Source: Gekko japonicus (Eukaryota). From it: a stretch of DNA of 64,000 nucleotides. A program made the translations under genes and the position numbers. Position 1 is the stretch's first letter. Every line of letters begins with the position of its first letter. The stretch is from contig NW_015169174.1 of assembly GCF_001447785.1 (NCBI RefSeq), positions 523,729-587,728 on the forward strand. Reading direction: 5' to 3'. Shown in pieces: positions 29,501 through 40,800 of this stretch. The notes under the pieces were generated by a model, which saw nothing but the letters and a program-made list of their open reading frames with translations, searched no databases and had not been told where the DNA came from.

Positions 29501-32500
29501 AAACCTAAGGCAGATAATAAAGCTGATCCAGAAAGATAGTCATATGCAATATATTGAGTTTGCTGATATTTCACAAACATTTTACCTGACCGCAGCCAAT
29601 GGTATGTTATACCTGCTGCCTGAAGTTTAGAGATAATAGGTTTTAAGTCTCTTCAAATCGTAAGCATTTTGGGGGGAAGGTCTGGAAATACAAGCATTTT
29701 GATTCCTTGAAAATCCAAACTGCTCTGCTGATGTGCTTCCATCAAGATTTTCCTTAGTCTGATAGTCTGCCAGCTCTACCACTATGTCTGTACCGGAAAG
29801 GGCAGTCTTGGAGGAATCTGTTGTTTTATCTACTTGGTAAGCTCACAGTTTCAATGGTGTCACTCCCTCCTCTAATTTTAAAGAAGCAGCTAGGATGCCA
29901 TGAAAATGGAAAGGTCAGTTGTTGCTTCAGCATTTGAATCAAACCTGCAAAATTTTAGGTTTTTATTTCTTATACAAAACTCCAACATCATAATTTTTTC
30001 TCTAGACCAACTGTCCTGAGAGGTGGTTCCAAGTGTTTTTTCCAGGGAGGCGACTTTCTTTAATGTTGCTTCTGCTTTTTGAGCGGTTTGTTTATATTGA
30101 GACTCCAATTCCTCCATGCATGGAGCTAAAGGAGATATCATATCCACCATATCTGGCATTGGCTCTTGACATTTTCTTCCCAACACTTCTAATAAAAACT
30201 TTGGTGTGAGGAGAGAGTCAGCAGTGTTTGTATCCTCATCTCCTGCAGAAACTGAAGAGGTATTGGCTAATTCAGCCAATGTAAAAAAAATCCTTTAAGG
30301 AGCTCCCCTGGCATTCTTTTGATTCTTTTTACCCTTAGAAGCTTTAGGCAGCATATTTTAGGTCAGGTTTGTTTAGAAATAGTCAATTAGAATTAATTTG
30401 AGAGCGAGTGGTCTGGGAGCAGCCAGTAATGGCTTCTGGTTGGCATGCAATCGAAGCCCCACCCCCCAAATGAATTAAATATCAGCCTCACTTTTCAGAA
30501 TGAGAAGGAACAGTACTTGTAGGAAACAATGCATGTATTTATTTATTTATTCATTCATTATGGTTTACAGTTGGTCCTATCCTAATAGTTGTGGATGTCA
30601 AAGAAAAAGCAAGCGAACATACAGCATGAAGCCAGACCCTGTAAACGGATCATAACTGTGTTAAGAGAAAACATGATCACATCTAAAGCTCAAGGCAGAC
30701 AGTTATCAAATCCACTCCTTCCTAATTTCATGCTGGATTCAGCTCTCTAGTCAACCCACATTTTCTGGCTGGGTGAAGCTGTATTGTAAACTAAACAAGC
30801 ACAGGTGTCTCTGATAAAACCCCAGTTAATTCAGGCTGCAAAATAGAAGCTGCAGTTCAGAAAAATTAAAGGCATTTATTTGCAGCCTTTCTATTTTGCT
30901 TGACATACACGCATACTTACATAAACAACCAGCCTCCAATGACATATCAATAAACAACCTCCTCAGCACCCTTAGCCACTTCCTCTCAAATCCCAGGTCC
31001 CACTACCAGCATTGACTCTTCCCATTCTTCACCTCTGTGTAATGACGGATCAAGGCAGCACTGGTCATGCTCCCCCTGTAATAGCACGGAGTCACCAGAA
31101 GAGCAGCATCAGCCCCTTTGTCAGCCACTTGTGCTGTCATCTCAATAGTGCCCCGAGTTGCTGGGGGAAGAGGAAGGAGGTTTTATCCAAGATCAATTAC
31201 AAGGGTCTCATGAGGGTGAGGGTTTGAAGGGCCTATTGAGTTTAAATGGGCCCTGTCCGATTAGGAGCCATGCACCAGAAGTAGAATTAGGCCCCATGCA
31301 CACAAGATGCACCCAGGATTAGCTCTCAACTCTAGAAGCTGCCTTCAGGGCTGGTGCAACTAGAGGCTGATAATCCCTGGCCCACCCTGCACACTGCTCA
31401 CTTTCATATCCAGACCCAACAAGCAGCAATTTTTCCTTGGGCACAGCTTGCCGCAGCCGTCTCACCACCTCCAGACGTTCCTGCTGTGTCAAGTAGGGAG
31501 CCTCTCCAGTGGAGCCCTGCACCACAAAACCTGCAAAAAATAGATGCCATTCTTGCGTGCGTCGAGGTCCCTGTCGTGACACTGAGCCACCAGAATGGGT
31601 GCAGCCACAGTGCCAGGAGGACAGCTGAAGGCAAGATCTGCTGCTTAGCTGTGCAGCTATGGTGCTCCTGGGTGCTGGCATGTGGCTGTACCCATCCAGA
31701 AGCGGTATTGCTACTTGATCTGCATACAACTGTTACTGAGGAAAGGAACCCTGTCAGGAAAAGGCAGAAACCAAATGTGGAGAAGGGGTGGCCAAGGACG
31801 CTTAAGGGAAGGGACAACTGAAGACTAAAAGGGCATGATTTGGGGGCAGGGAAGAGATCTTGTAGACCAGTTCCTCCCCCTAACTGTATATCTCCTGCAG
31901 AGCAGTAAATGGGCCCAAAGTCCAGGCAGGCAGCCATGGGTATCCTTGAAGACAGTTTAGTTGCTAGCTCAGCCTTCTAATTGCTGGAAAGGATCCAGTT
32001 GTGAGAATCAACACAGCAAAGCTCCATTTTTCTAGCTTTAAAAGCCACTGATCTAGTAGAAGCAGCAACACTGCCTCTGAAGATTATTCTACTAGATGAA
32101 CATAAGAACATAAGAGGAGCCAATGTTGGATCAGGCCAAAGGCCCATCCAGTCCAACACTCTGTGTCACACAGTGGTCAAAAATACCAGGGGCCATCAGG
32201 AGGTCCAGCAGTGGGGCCAGGACACTAGAAGACCTCCCACTGTTGCCCCCCCCCAAGCAGCAAGAAGACAGAGCATCCCTTGCCCTATTTGTACCTTGTG
32301 GCTCATAGCCACCGATTTTTGTACCATCAGAAATCCCACCCGGTGCCAGAGGCCATCCTAGGCACACACACCCCGTCCCGAGATGGTGTGTTTGTCCTCC
32401 CTTGTCTGACAAATACCTACAGTGATACCTTATGGTGTGTAGGGNNNNNNNNNNNNNTGGACAAATGCCTACAGTGATCCCTTATGGGGGGTAGGGAAGA

Positions 32501-33373
32501 ACTGCCCTCCCGAAAGGGGTTCTTGTGCCTGTCACAACTGCACACGACAGGCAAAAATTCAAAAGGTCTAACACAACAAAGTGCCTGTTGAATCTCTGCG
32601 GGTCATGTTATCTCTGAAAGGCATGGAGCTACTTGTCAGGGTTAAAGGTGTTTTCTAGGACCGCACCATGCAGAGGAACGAACAGTGCTCTAGAATGGCT
32701 GCCTTTCAAGCCTATATAAAATAGCGTTGCCCTAACGTCTAGTTCGGATCTGGCTAAAGTGGCCGTTCCAGTGGATTCCTGTTTTAATTTCCCTGGAGCA
32801 GTCCCATGAGCAGAGCTGTAACACGGAAAAAACAAGCGGGACGCACAAAGCGGGGGGGGGGGCACAGAAAAAGTATATCAAGTCTACAATAAACGTTGTG
32901 TTATTATTATTACTGTTGTTATTAATGTATTGACTTTTTACCGAAATAACTGCTATGAAAGTATAGGGGGCGCAATTTTATATTCTTGTCTCCGGCGCAA
33001 AATTAGCTCGTTATGGCTCTGGCCATGAGTCTGTTGCAACCAAACGAGACGCTCCCAGTCTGCGGTGGCCTTCTCTGCCTGCTGCTCTCAGGAAAGGTGG
33101 ACCCCACATGCCCCGCCTGCCGATCCTACCTCGGAAGGGGATCTTATCGTAGAGGCGCACGTTCTCCTCTAAACGGATATAATCCACCTCTCCTTGCGAG
33201 GTGAAGGGGGTGGTCAGGGGCGGGTAGATACCCCGCAGGTCCAGCCGCCGACTGGGCGCTGCTCCACCAGCGACAGCGCCGAATTTCCGAGGAGCGCTCC
33301 TCATCTGAGGCCCAGCGGGGCGCCAGCAAAGGCTTCTAGGCCAGAGGGAGGGCAGGATCCGCGAGGCTCGCAT
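23370..33373 (-). CDS. HOGA1: 4-hydroxy-2-oxoglutarate aldolase 1, mitochondrial (DHDPS/NAL family); exons 33373-33130, 31530-31402, 31160-31033, 28087-27953, 26498-26402, 26137-26004, 23519-23370 (1017 nt, 338 aa)
   Basis: Arg-rich transit peptide. Motifs [31 protein letters not shown], the Schiff-base Lys in GIKDSGG, FQVLAGS, CALAN and FGIPGLK...NGWL*. All junctions are GT-AG and in phase. Confidence 0.96.
24285..24389. other. Assembly gap (N run)
   Basis: 105 Ns. Other gaps at 32445-32457 and 60405-60495. Confidence 0.99.
24670..25600 (+). mobile_element. CR1-type 3' end split by an LTR-element insertion
   Basis: GGTTGGACTAGATGATGCTGGAGGTCCC ends at 24849 and resumes as TTCCAGCTCTATGATTCTATGATT at 25577-25600, the CR1 terminal repeat. 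Confidence 0.75.
24850..25571 (+). mobile_element. LTR-element remnant (LTR about 24850-25397, PBS-like site, short internal piece)
   Basis: TGTAA...TTACA termini. AATAAA near 25317. TGGTGGCAGC at 25433. The insert ends in CA and is flanked by GTCCC/TTCCC. Confidence 0.65.
26004..26137 (-). CDS. HOGA1: HOGA1 exon 6
   Basis: [13 protein letters not shown]...[12 protein letters not shown]. Confidence 0.95.
26402..26498 (-). CDS. HOGA1: HOGA1 exon 5
   Basis: [11 protein letters not shown]...[17 protein letters not shown]. Confidence 0.95.
27017..27194. mobile_element. hAT-type MITE nested in an older inverted-repeat element (about 26805-27280)
   Basis: Perfect TIRs CAGGCCTGTAGC / GCTACAGGCCTG and an 8-bp TSD GGGGGGAT. 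Confidence 0.88.
27953..28087 (-). CDS. HOGA1: HOGA1 exon 4
   Basis: [19 protein letters not shown]...[13 protein letters not shown]. Confidence 0.95.
28904..30469 (-). mobile_element. ORF1-only L1-like element (HAL1-like), decayed
   Basis: Minus strand: short 5' UTR, ORF1 with coiled coil, RRM ([10 protein letters not shown]) and CTD (LVFPDLP...), then a 3' UTR with AATAAA and an A-tail. TSD ATG(G/A)ATTAAATAT. No ORF2 seen. Confidence 0.72.
31033..31160 (-). CDS. HOGA1: HOGA1 exon 3
   Basis: [42 protein letters not shown]. Confidence 0.95.
31402..31530 (-). CDS. HOGA1: HOGA1 exon 2
   Basis: [22 protein letters not shown]...GSGYE. Confidence 0.95.
32098..32312 (-). mobile_element. CR1-type 3' fragment
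   Basis: ACATAAGAACATAAGA tail followed by TTGGATCAGGCCAAAGGCCCATCCAGTCCA. Confidence 0.75.
33130..33373 (-). CDS. HOGA1: HOGA1 exon 1
   Basis: MRASRIL...[14 protein letters not shown]...KIPFR. Donor G|GTAGGA. Confidence 0.93.
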
Positions 33374-33379
33374 AGTCTT

Positions 33380-33650
33380 CTTGACCCTGGCGCAGCAGCG
33401 ACTGCCAGTGCTGCACTCTGGAAAAACCGAACCCCTGATCCCACAGCCCGGCTTGAAGGCGGGGAGAATGTACTAAGACCGTCCTCAAGGGGCGGGGCGC
33501 CAGCGTGAAAATCCCTTTATGTTGCAAAAAGGCGAGGGGCAAGTCTTGTCCAGTGTGTGATTTAGCTTCCTTCCAGCTGTAACCTACAGGGAGGGAGCGG
33601 GACAGAGAAGATCCCCGCCCACTAGCAACCCGGTCATGGGCCTCCTTGCT
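33380..33650 (-). promoter_or_regulatory. HOGA1: HOGA1 CpG/GC-box promoter
   Basis: GGGGCGGGG at about 33489-33497 and CCCCGCCC near 33613. CpG-rich region directly upstream of the ATG. Confidence 0.6.
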
Positions 33651-34271
33651 TAAAAGCATGCCCACTGTGTACTCTCCAATAGGTATGTGGTGGATTCCAG
33701 CCTTAAGGATTGCCCCCTGTTTTTTTCTTGTCTTCTTCAAGCTCGAAAAAAGCCGGAAAAAAATAAAGGGGTGTCATAGTTTGCTGTGCCTGCACCTTCC
33801 TAGCAGCAAAAGTCTGTGGTTCATTCACCATCCAAAAGGGCCAGGTAGATAGATGATGTGAAAGACTTCTCCCTGAGCTAGTGAAGAGCTGCCGCCAGGG
33901 ACAGGCAGAGGAAACAACACCCATTCAGTACTGGTCTGGTTCAGGTGAATATTACAGAGCGCTTCAAGGGATTAGCTCAGAAGGTATAAGTAAAAGGAGC
34001 CCAATATGAGCGCAGTGCCAGATGGGCCATGCATAGAATGAAAGGACAGGATACCAACCAGACCAGTCAGATGATAAATTACAACCAGGTATACCTGGCT
34101 GCACAGAGACAAGGTGCTCTTTGCTGTGGAATATCTGGAACACACCTGGAGTCTTGGCTTTTACAACCCTAACTCAATATACTGCAAGTAGTTTGATATT
34201 ATAGGATCTTGTAGGCTAGTTTGTTATCATGCAGTTGAGACACGTGAGCATTATCCATCACTCAGTCCACA

Positions 34272-34482
34272 AGAGGGGCAATGACTCTGTGGCAGACAAT
34301 CTGGTTTTCAAACAAAAGGTCCCAGGTTCAATCCCTGGTCTCTCCAGGTTAAAGGACTGGGTAGAAGGTAATGGGAAAGACCTTCACCTGAGATCATGGA
34401 AAACTGCTGCCAGTCAGACTAAACATCACTGACCTTAATTGACCAGAAGTCTGATTTAGTGTAAGGCAGCTTCATGTGTTCA
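34272..34482 (+). mobile_element. tRNA-derived SINE with CR1-type tail (Squam3-like)
   Basis: B box GGTTCAATCCC, body GAAAGACC...CTGAGA...CTGCTGCCAGTC, tail AAGGCAGCTTCATGTGTT. Related copies at about 37565-37755 (+) and about 53335-53470 (-). Confidence 0.65.
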
Positions 34483-34767
34483 GCTCAGTTTTATTCCATG
34501 GATACAAGACTGGAACCTGTCTACTTGGCAGGGTGCCTCTGCTATATACAGCTGTATGACAAACAGAACATTCACATGCGTGGCTGGTGATAATATGGTG
34601 ACTGGGAGTTTTCCAACTATTGCATTTCTGATTCTCACGTAGTGGATGAACTCTCATTAGATTTTACTTTCTTTTCTATTTTTTTAATTGGGTGGTAATG
34701 ACAGCCTCTTGGGAGTCCAATGTTATCCTGGCTTGAGTCCCACCTGGCTCCCCTCCCCCCATCTGCC

Positions 34768-34866
34768 TCATGCTGGCATCTCTGTTGTGTCTGGCTCTTG
34801 CTGCTCCAACACTTCCCGCGTATCTTTCTGCCATAGCTGCACAAGGTCTGTAGGAGTCTTCCCAGC
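34768..34866 (-). CDS. ANKRD2: ANKRD2 exon 9 (last)
   Basis: [22 protein letters not shown]...MPA*. Candidate AATAAA at 34490-34495. Confidence 0.93.
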   Translation of the reverse strand, partial: AGKTPTDLVQLWQKDTREVLEQQEPDTTEMPA

Positions 34867-37800
34867 CTGTGGCAGGAAACAGAGGTGAGAAAGGTAAGCA
34901 TCTTTGTATCATGCAACTGCTGCATCATAATCTAGGTATAGCTGGCAGCTGAACTGCCAAGATAATAGGCTTTAACCTATGAGCTGATCTGAAGGCCCCC
35001 CCCCCACTAAAGTATTAAAATTTTAGAAGAAGAAGAGATTGGATTTATACCCTGTCCTTGACTACCCGAAGGAGCCTCCGAGTGGCTTACAATTTCCTTT
35101 CTCTTCCCCTCCCCACAACAGACGCCCTGTGAGGTAGGTGGGGCTGAGAGAGCTCTGACTGAGAACTGCTTGTGAGATAACAGCTCTGAAAGAACTTGTA
35201 ACTGACCCAAGGTCACACCAGCAGCTGCATGTGGTGGAGTGGGGACTCAAACCCAGTTCTCCCAGATTAGAGTCCGAGCTCCTAACCACTACTCCAAACT
35301 GGCGCTCTTCGCCATGGTTGGGTCATATCCCTTGGTTGGGTCATAACAGGGCAACCCTCACCAGGTTTTTGGCCATCATGTCCGCCCCGTGCAGAATCAG
35401 CAACTTAATGATCTTGTAGCGATTGAGACGAACAGCATCATGCAGGGCACTGTCTCCCTCCTGCAACAGATGTGGCAGCATCACATTGTGGAAGATTAGG
35501 AGAGACAGAAATCAGGCACTGGAACTAAGATCATAATATTGACATAAGAATAAGGGAAGCTCTAGCAGCCAGAGAAGAGCCCTCCAGTTCAGACCTCTCA
35601 AGTGCTTTGCAAATAGAGTCTGGATATACTGAATATAACTTCGGAGGCAGAGACCAGCCAACTTGCTAGAGAGAGAAAACATTACCAAATATCCTCAAAG
35701 GTTTCAGTCAGGCTAGCTGAACAGAATCTTTCTGCCTGAGTAGGAAGGGCTGCAGTTTCACTGTTGTTCCAGAACTGGCTTCAAGAACTGGAGGATCCAA
35801 GTGGAGGACTTTTCACTCAGTGCTGCATCCCTAACTGCCTGGAAATTACTAGAGAGGTATGGAAGGAGCTGGGTTATGAAATAACTCAACCCCTCCCTGA
35901 AAAGAGGAGGAGGGTCAAGCACATTAGGACTAATACTCAGGAACTGAATTTAGTAAGGCTTGATAAGGTTTCTTTCCATTCTAAATTACTACCAGTGTCA
36001 AGTTTAGTTTTCCCTTCATTTTATCCCTTTTAGCTAATTTTGGGGACAGGGTCTCTTCTACTGGTGCACCATTGCTGTTACACAGCTTAAGTAATTGATT
36101 GGAGTGAGGTGAGCTATAGACATTGCAGTAAATAGACATACACATATTTCTTCAAGGCTGTTATCTTACTCGATCACGGGAGTTGATGTCCATCCCACTA
36201 TTAATCAGATGTTCCACAATCTCGGTCACACCAGTGCGGGTGGCCACATGCAGAGGAGTGCTGAGAAGCTGAGTTTGAACAAATATAGAAAGATGGATGC
36301 AGGAAGGAAGAAACATTGTTTTATATTAATGCAATCCTTCCCATCAGTGTGCCCTGTATTCCAGTTACTCTAATGTAATGCAACCACAACTTCCCTTCTA
36401 TAATCCTCTTTGCCCCAGTGCTTTCACACAAAGTTCACCCACATCCCTCCAACAGCTGACCTCCATTTTTACCACAATGCTCTTCTCCCCCCCCCCCCAT
36501 AATTCTCAAAAAGCAGTTCCTGGAATCCCCACTTCTTCACTCACTTTGTCCTTGACATTAAAATTGGCTCCTTTCTCTTGCAAGAGTTTCACCACATCAA
36601 GATGTCCACCACGGCAGGCCCAATGCATAGCAGTGGCATCCAGCTGTCAGCAAAAAAGAACACATCTGTCAGCAGAGGAGAGCCACTCCACCTTGCACCT
36701 ATACTCATTTGCATCCACCCTTGGAGTTTTCTTTTGTACTTCCATGGACCTGCACTTTCCAGCTGCACATGAACTAGTAGAAAGTTTCAAAGCCAATTTT
36801 TGATCCTTAGACAGTCCAATGAATATTTCCTTTAGACAAGGGACCGACAATGATAGAGAACAGAAGAAAGGCATTGCTGAAACTGCAGAATGGTTGAAAC
36901 AAAAGCAAGCATGGATGTGGAAGGATGTGAAAAAGGGTATCTTACTCGATCTCTGAAGTCAGCAGTGGCACCATAGGCCAAAAGCTTCTCCACTATTTCT
37001 GTGTATCCCTCAAGTGAGGCACGATGTAAAGCTGTCCTGCGGAACTAGGTGGACGAGAGAAAGGAAGTCTTCAGTAAAGGATACAGTAAAAGAAAGAAGG
37101 TCCTGTACCAATTATCTATAGCCCAAGGTCTCCTGGTATTTTTCTTTAAAGCTTTATTTGCTCCAGACATCTCCCCACTGCCCACCACCACATCACCAGC
37201 CCAGCACTTATTAAACGTTTCCATACATTGCTGAAAGGAAGTTTATGGAACTTCTTTCATGTTCACCATATATACAGAACTGGGCTTTTGTTCTTGCAGA
37301 CTTCACAAGGTTGTACCCATTGATGTTTCCCAGTTATCCACTTCTTGTACTAAATGGGCATATAAGAATTCAGAGATTAAAGACCAGAGGTGTTTCAAGA
37401 AGCTATTCACCTGGCCCCTGTATTGGTGCTCTTTGAGACAACTTATCTAAGTACTTAATGTGCCTTCATATTAAATTGAAGACTTATTTCTTAGATTAAA
37501 AAATAGATCGTGTCCAGGCAATACCCTTCTCCCAAAAAAAGTCTGTAATTGATTTGTTCAGAGAGAGGCCATAGCTTAGTGATAGAGCACATGCTTTGTT
37601 TGCAGAAGGTCCCAGATTCAACCCACAGTATCTCCAGTTAAAAGTCTCAGATCACAGATGTTAGGAAAGATGTTCTGGTGCCTGAGACCTTGAAGAAACA
37701 ATGCTGTGTGCTTGATGGGCCAGTGGTCTGACTCATTATAAGACAGTTCCACATCGTCATACTTACAAAAAACTGAACTGATCATGTATCAGGCTTATAC

Positions 37801-40800
37801 ACTTAGGAGTCAGACTCTGAGTATTTTCAGTTTCCCTTACTGTCTTGCCCCAAACTCTACACTCTTCTCCAGCTTGGACACCATCCTAGGTGCAGAGATT
37901 ACTACCACACTGTGGATAGGTCCCACATTCTAATTCGTAGCTCTAAAGAAAACAGTAATGAATAAAAAACACAGGGAAGATAGTGGAGAATGGTATTCCC
38001 TGAGTGTTGTGATACCTCATCACTGGTATCTGGAGAGCTCCCATCTGCCAGGAACTTCTCCACCACATGCACCTTGCCTTGTACAGCAGCTTTCAGGAAA
38101 TCCTCTTCTGTCACAGGACCTGTCTGCAGGGAAGGATTGATGGTTCAGTGGGTGTTGCAAAAGCTCAGAAAGCATAGCAAGTTTTCAAAAAATGTAAGAG
38201 GAAAGCCCTCTCAAACCCTGAGAAAGGACATTACTATTCCCAATCCCTACTAACAGTTCCAAGCACTTACGGCAGACATTGCCTGTCATAGGGGTTACGC
38301 GCATCTAGAGGCCTCCATTTTTGGAGAAGAATCTGGTTTCTTGCTGCCTTGCTTCTGCTTCCTAAAATCTGCTTGTGGATAAATTCTGGGATCTCACTAC
38401 TGCTTCCCTAGAGCTCCCTTCTCCCATGACCCTGACAATGGAATTTCCCTTACAATTTCCTCTGGCTCAGGCTCTGGTTTCTTCTCTTCCTTCTTCTTTC
38501 TGGGTTTCTTGCGTAGCTCAAAGAGGTACTGAGTGCCACCAACTTCAATGATCTCTCGCCTTAGGTCCACAGAGCTCTTTCGCACCCTCTCCTGGCCCTG
38601 TAGAGGACAGAGGGATGGAGGGAGAGGGAGTGGGAAAGAAAGATTTGTGAAGAATGCTCTGGCTTATTACTGGATTCTTTTCTCCTCACCCTGTAACTGC
38701 AAACCCCTCTTTGTTTTGCTTTCCAATTGCAGCCAAGGACATACTGATCAAAGGGCTTATTTTTGTCTTTGTTTACTTTCTACAATGTGTTCTACTTATC
38801 ACAATGCCAAATTTAATAACATATTGTCCTGCTGACTAGATTATTTTCTTTCATCCATGGAGATACCACCTTCATCTCCATACCTGTTTGAACAGCTCTA
38901 AGGGAAAGGGTCATGCAATTGGACAGGACCTTGGAAATAATCTTATCTAATTCCTGCTCAAGGCAGGAATACACAGCTACAGCAACTGCAACAGATGGCC
39001 ATCCATCCTTTGTTAAAAAACCTCCAGTGAAAGAGCCTCCACCTCTTCCTGAGGCTATCTGCTCTATTGTTCTTCTATTAGAAAGTTTGTTCTAAGGTTT
39101 ACCCCAATCTACATCCTTGTAATTTCCACCAGTCAGTTCTAGTCCTACCCCTTGGAGCAAGAAGACCAAATCTGCTCCATCCTCTACATACCAGTCCTTT
39201 AGATATTTGAAGGCAGTGATAGTTTTCTCCAGGCTAAACATGCTCAGCACTTTCAACTTTTCCTCACAGGGCTTGGTTTCCAGACCCCTCATTCATCCTG
39301 GTTACCCTCCCCTGGATGTAGTCTAGTTTGTTAACATACTTTTTAAAATGTGGTAACCAGAAGTGGACACAGCAGATGAGGCCTGATCAGTGCAGAACAG
39401 AATTAAAAATGCCCAGTGTATCTGGTGTTACCACTGCTATTCTCTTTCTTAACTGCCAACACAAGAGTATGATACTAAAGCAGTGGAGAAGGTCAGTTGT
39501 TGGCTGCTTATTCAGCTTGTGTAGCTGTCCCTTAATGTACAGTTGTGTTAGTATCAAGAACATCATATCTCACCAAGTATAAATTGTTGAGAAACATGGT
39601 ACAGTCAGAGCTGAACTTTGGGATGGAAGTCCAGGGCTTCAAGACATGGGCTCAGAAGGGGGTGGGGCAGGTTGCAGCTTTGCATTTTAAATCTATACCA
39701 TCATCTCAAGGGAAGAGAGTGTAAAACCATTGAGTCCACAGACCAAAATTACCTAACTGCATCACTGGCTAACATCCACAAACTTACATCGGGGAGGGAG
39801 CCATTAATCAAGATTACCAAAGAAGACATAGCACAAAGAGGAATACAAAGGAACTGTTGTTGAGGACAGTGAGGAGAACAGTGCACCAAGAGGGAGTAAA
39901 GGCACTGTTTGGAGTTCAAACAGTTGGTCAGCTCTGCTGGAAAAAATGGTAACATTGTGGACCTTAAGTACTATGTTCTGGAGCAGAAACTTAGGAACCG
40001 AACATCAAATACAAGCTTATATTAGTATAACGAATTGATGCCATCTTCCATTCCCCAGTCCTTTCCCTTACAGAATGAACTGTCAGAATTGGTGCTGTAT
40101 GTTTCTGAGAGCAACTGGCCTGAAGAAAATTAGCCAACTTTGGGCAAACAACCTTTGAAGCTAGGAGACCCCTATCTTAGGATCAAGTAAGAGGGATGGA
40201 TCCTAACGGGAACAAAATGACAGGGCTGGGGGATGTGGTTGTAGAAACTTAGGTGCACGTGATAAAAATGAAAGAGAAGACTTGCTGTTTGGAACATCAA
40301 GCCAGTATCAAAGAGCAGTGACATGTTTTACAATCCTGGGCAGGGGGGGGGGCATATATTTCAAATTCATTGCCTTGCCTTTCTAAGATGGCATAGCTGA
40401 TGTACACACACACAAAGAGAGTGTGAGTGTAATGGAAGGCAGAAGCCAGCCAGCCCACTATTTGCCTATAGAATTTTGTTTCCATCAATGTCTTATGGGA
40501 TATTACAAGGGTTATTAGCACAAGAGAATTTGTAACACCATTCAGCCATGTGAAGAAAACACAAAACATATATGCTGAATACTTGTGCCCAGTGGATTAA
40601 GTTCTGGATGCTACTTCTAGTGGAATGAGTTCACAAATAAAGATCATTGCATGCAATTGAATAAGCTTTGAAAACCATGCTGAAGGCCCCAACCCCTCTA
40701 ACCTTGAGCCCCTCAACACCTTTGTTGATAGGTCCATGCCTCTTTTCATCTTCCAGCTGTGGAGAGTCCATCCGTGCCATTTCTGGCTGCTTTGCAGGGG

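Noticed and set aside
31319-31937. Overlapping 136-177 aa ORFs around HOGA1 exon 2 and intron 1 as a nested gene (human C10orf62 lies inside HOGA1)
   Set aside because: No recognisable similarity or coding signature. They are explained by exon 2 plus chance open frames, so no nested gene is supported.
34272-34360. tRNA-like A/B boxes as tRNA genes (also near 7800-7866 and 37565)
   Set aside because: No cloverleaf structure. These are SINE heads.
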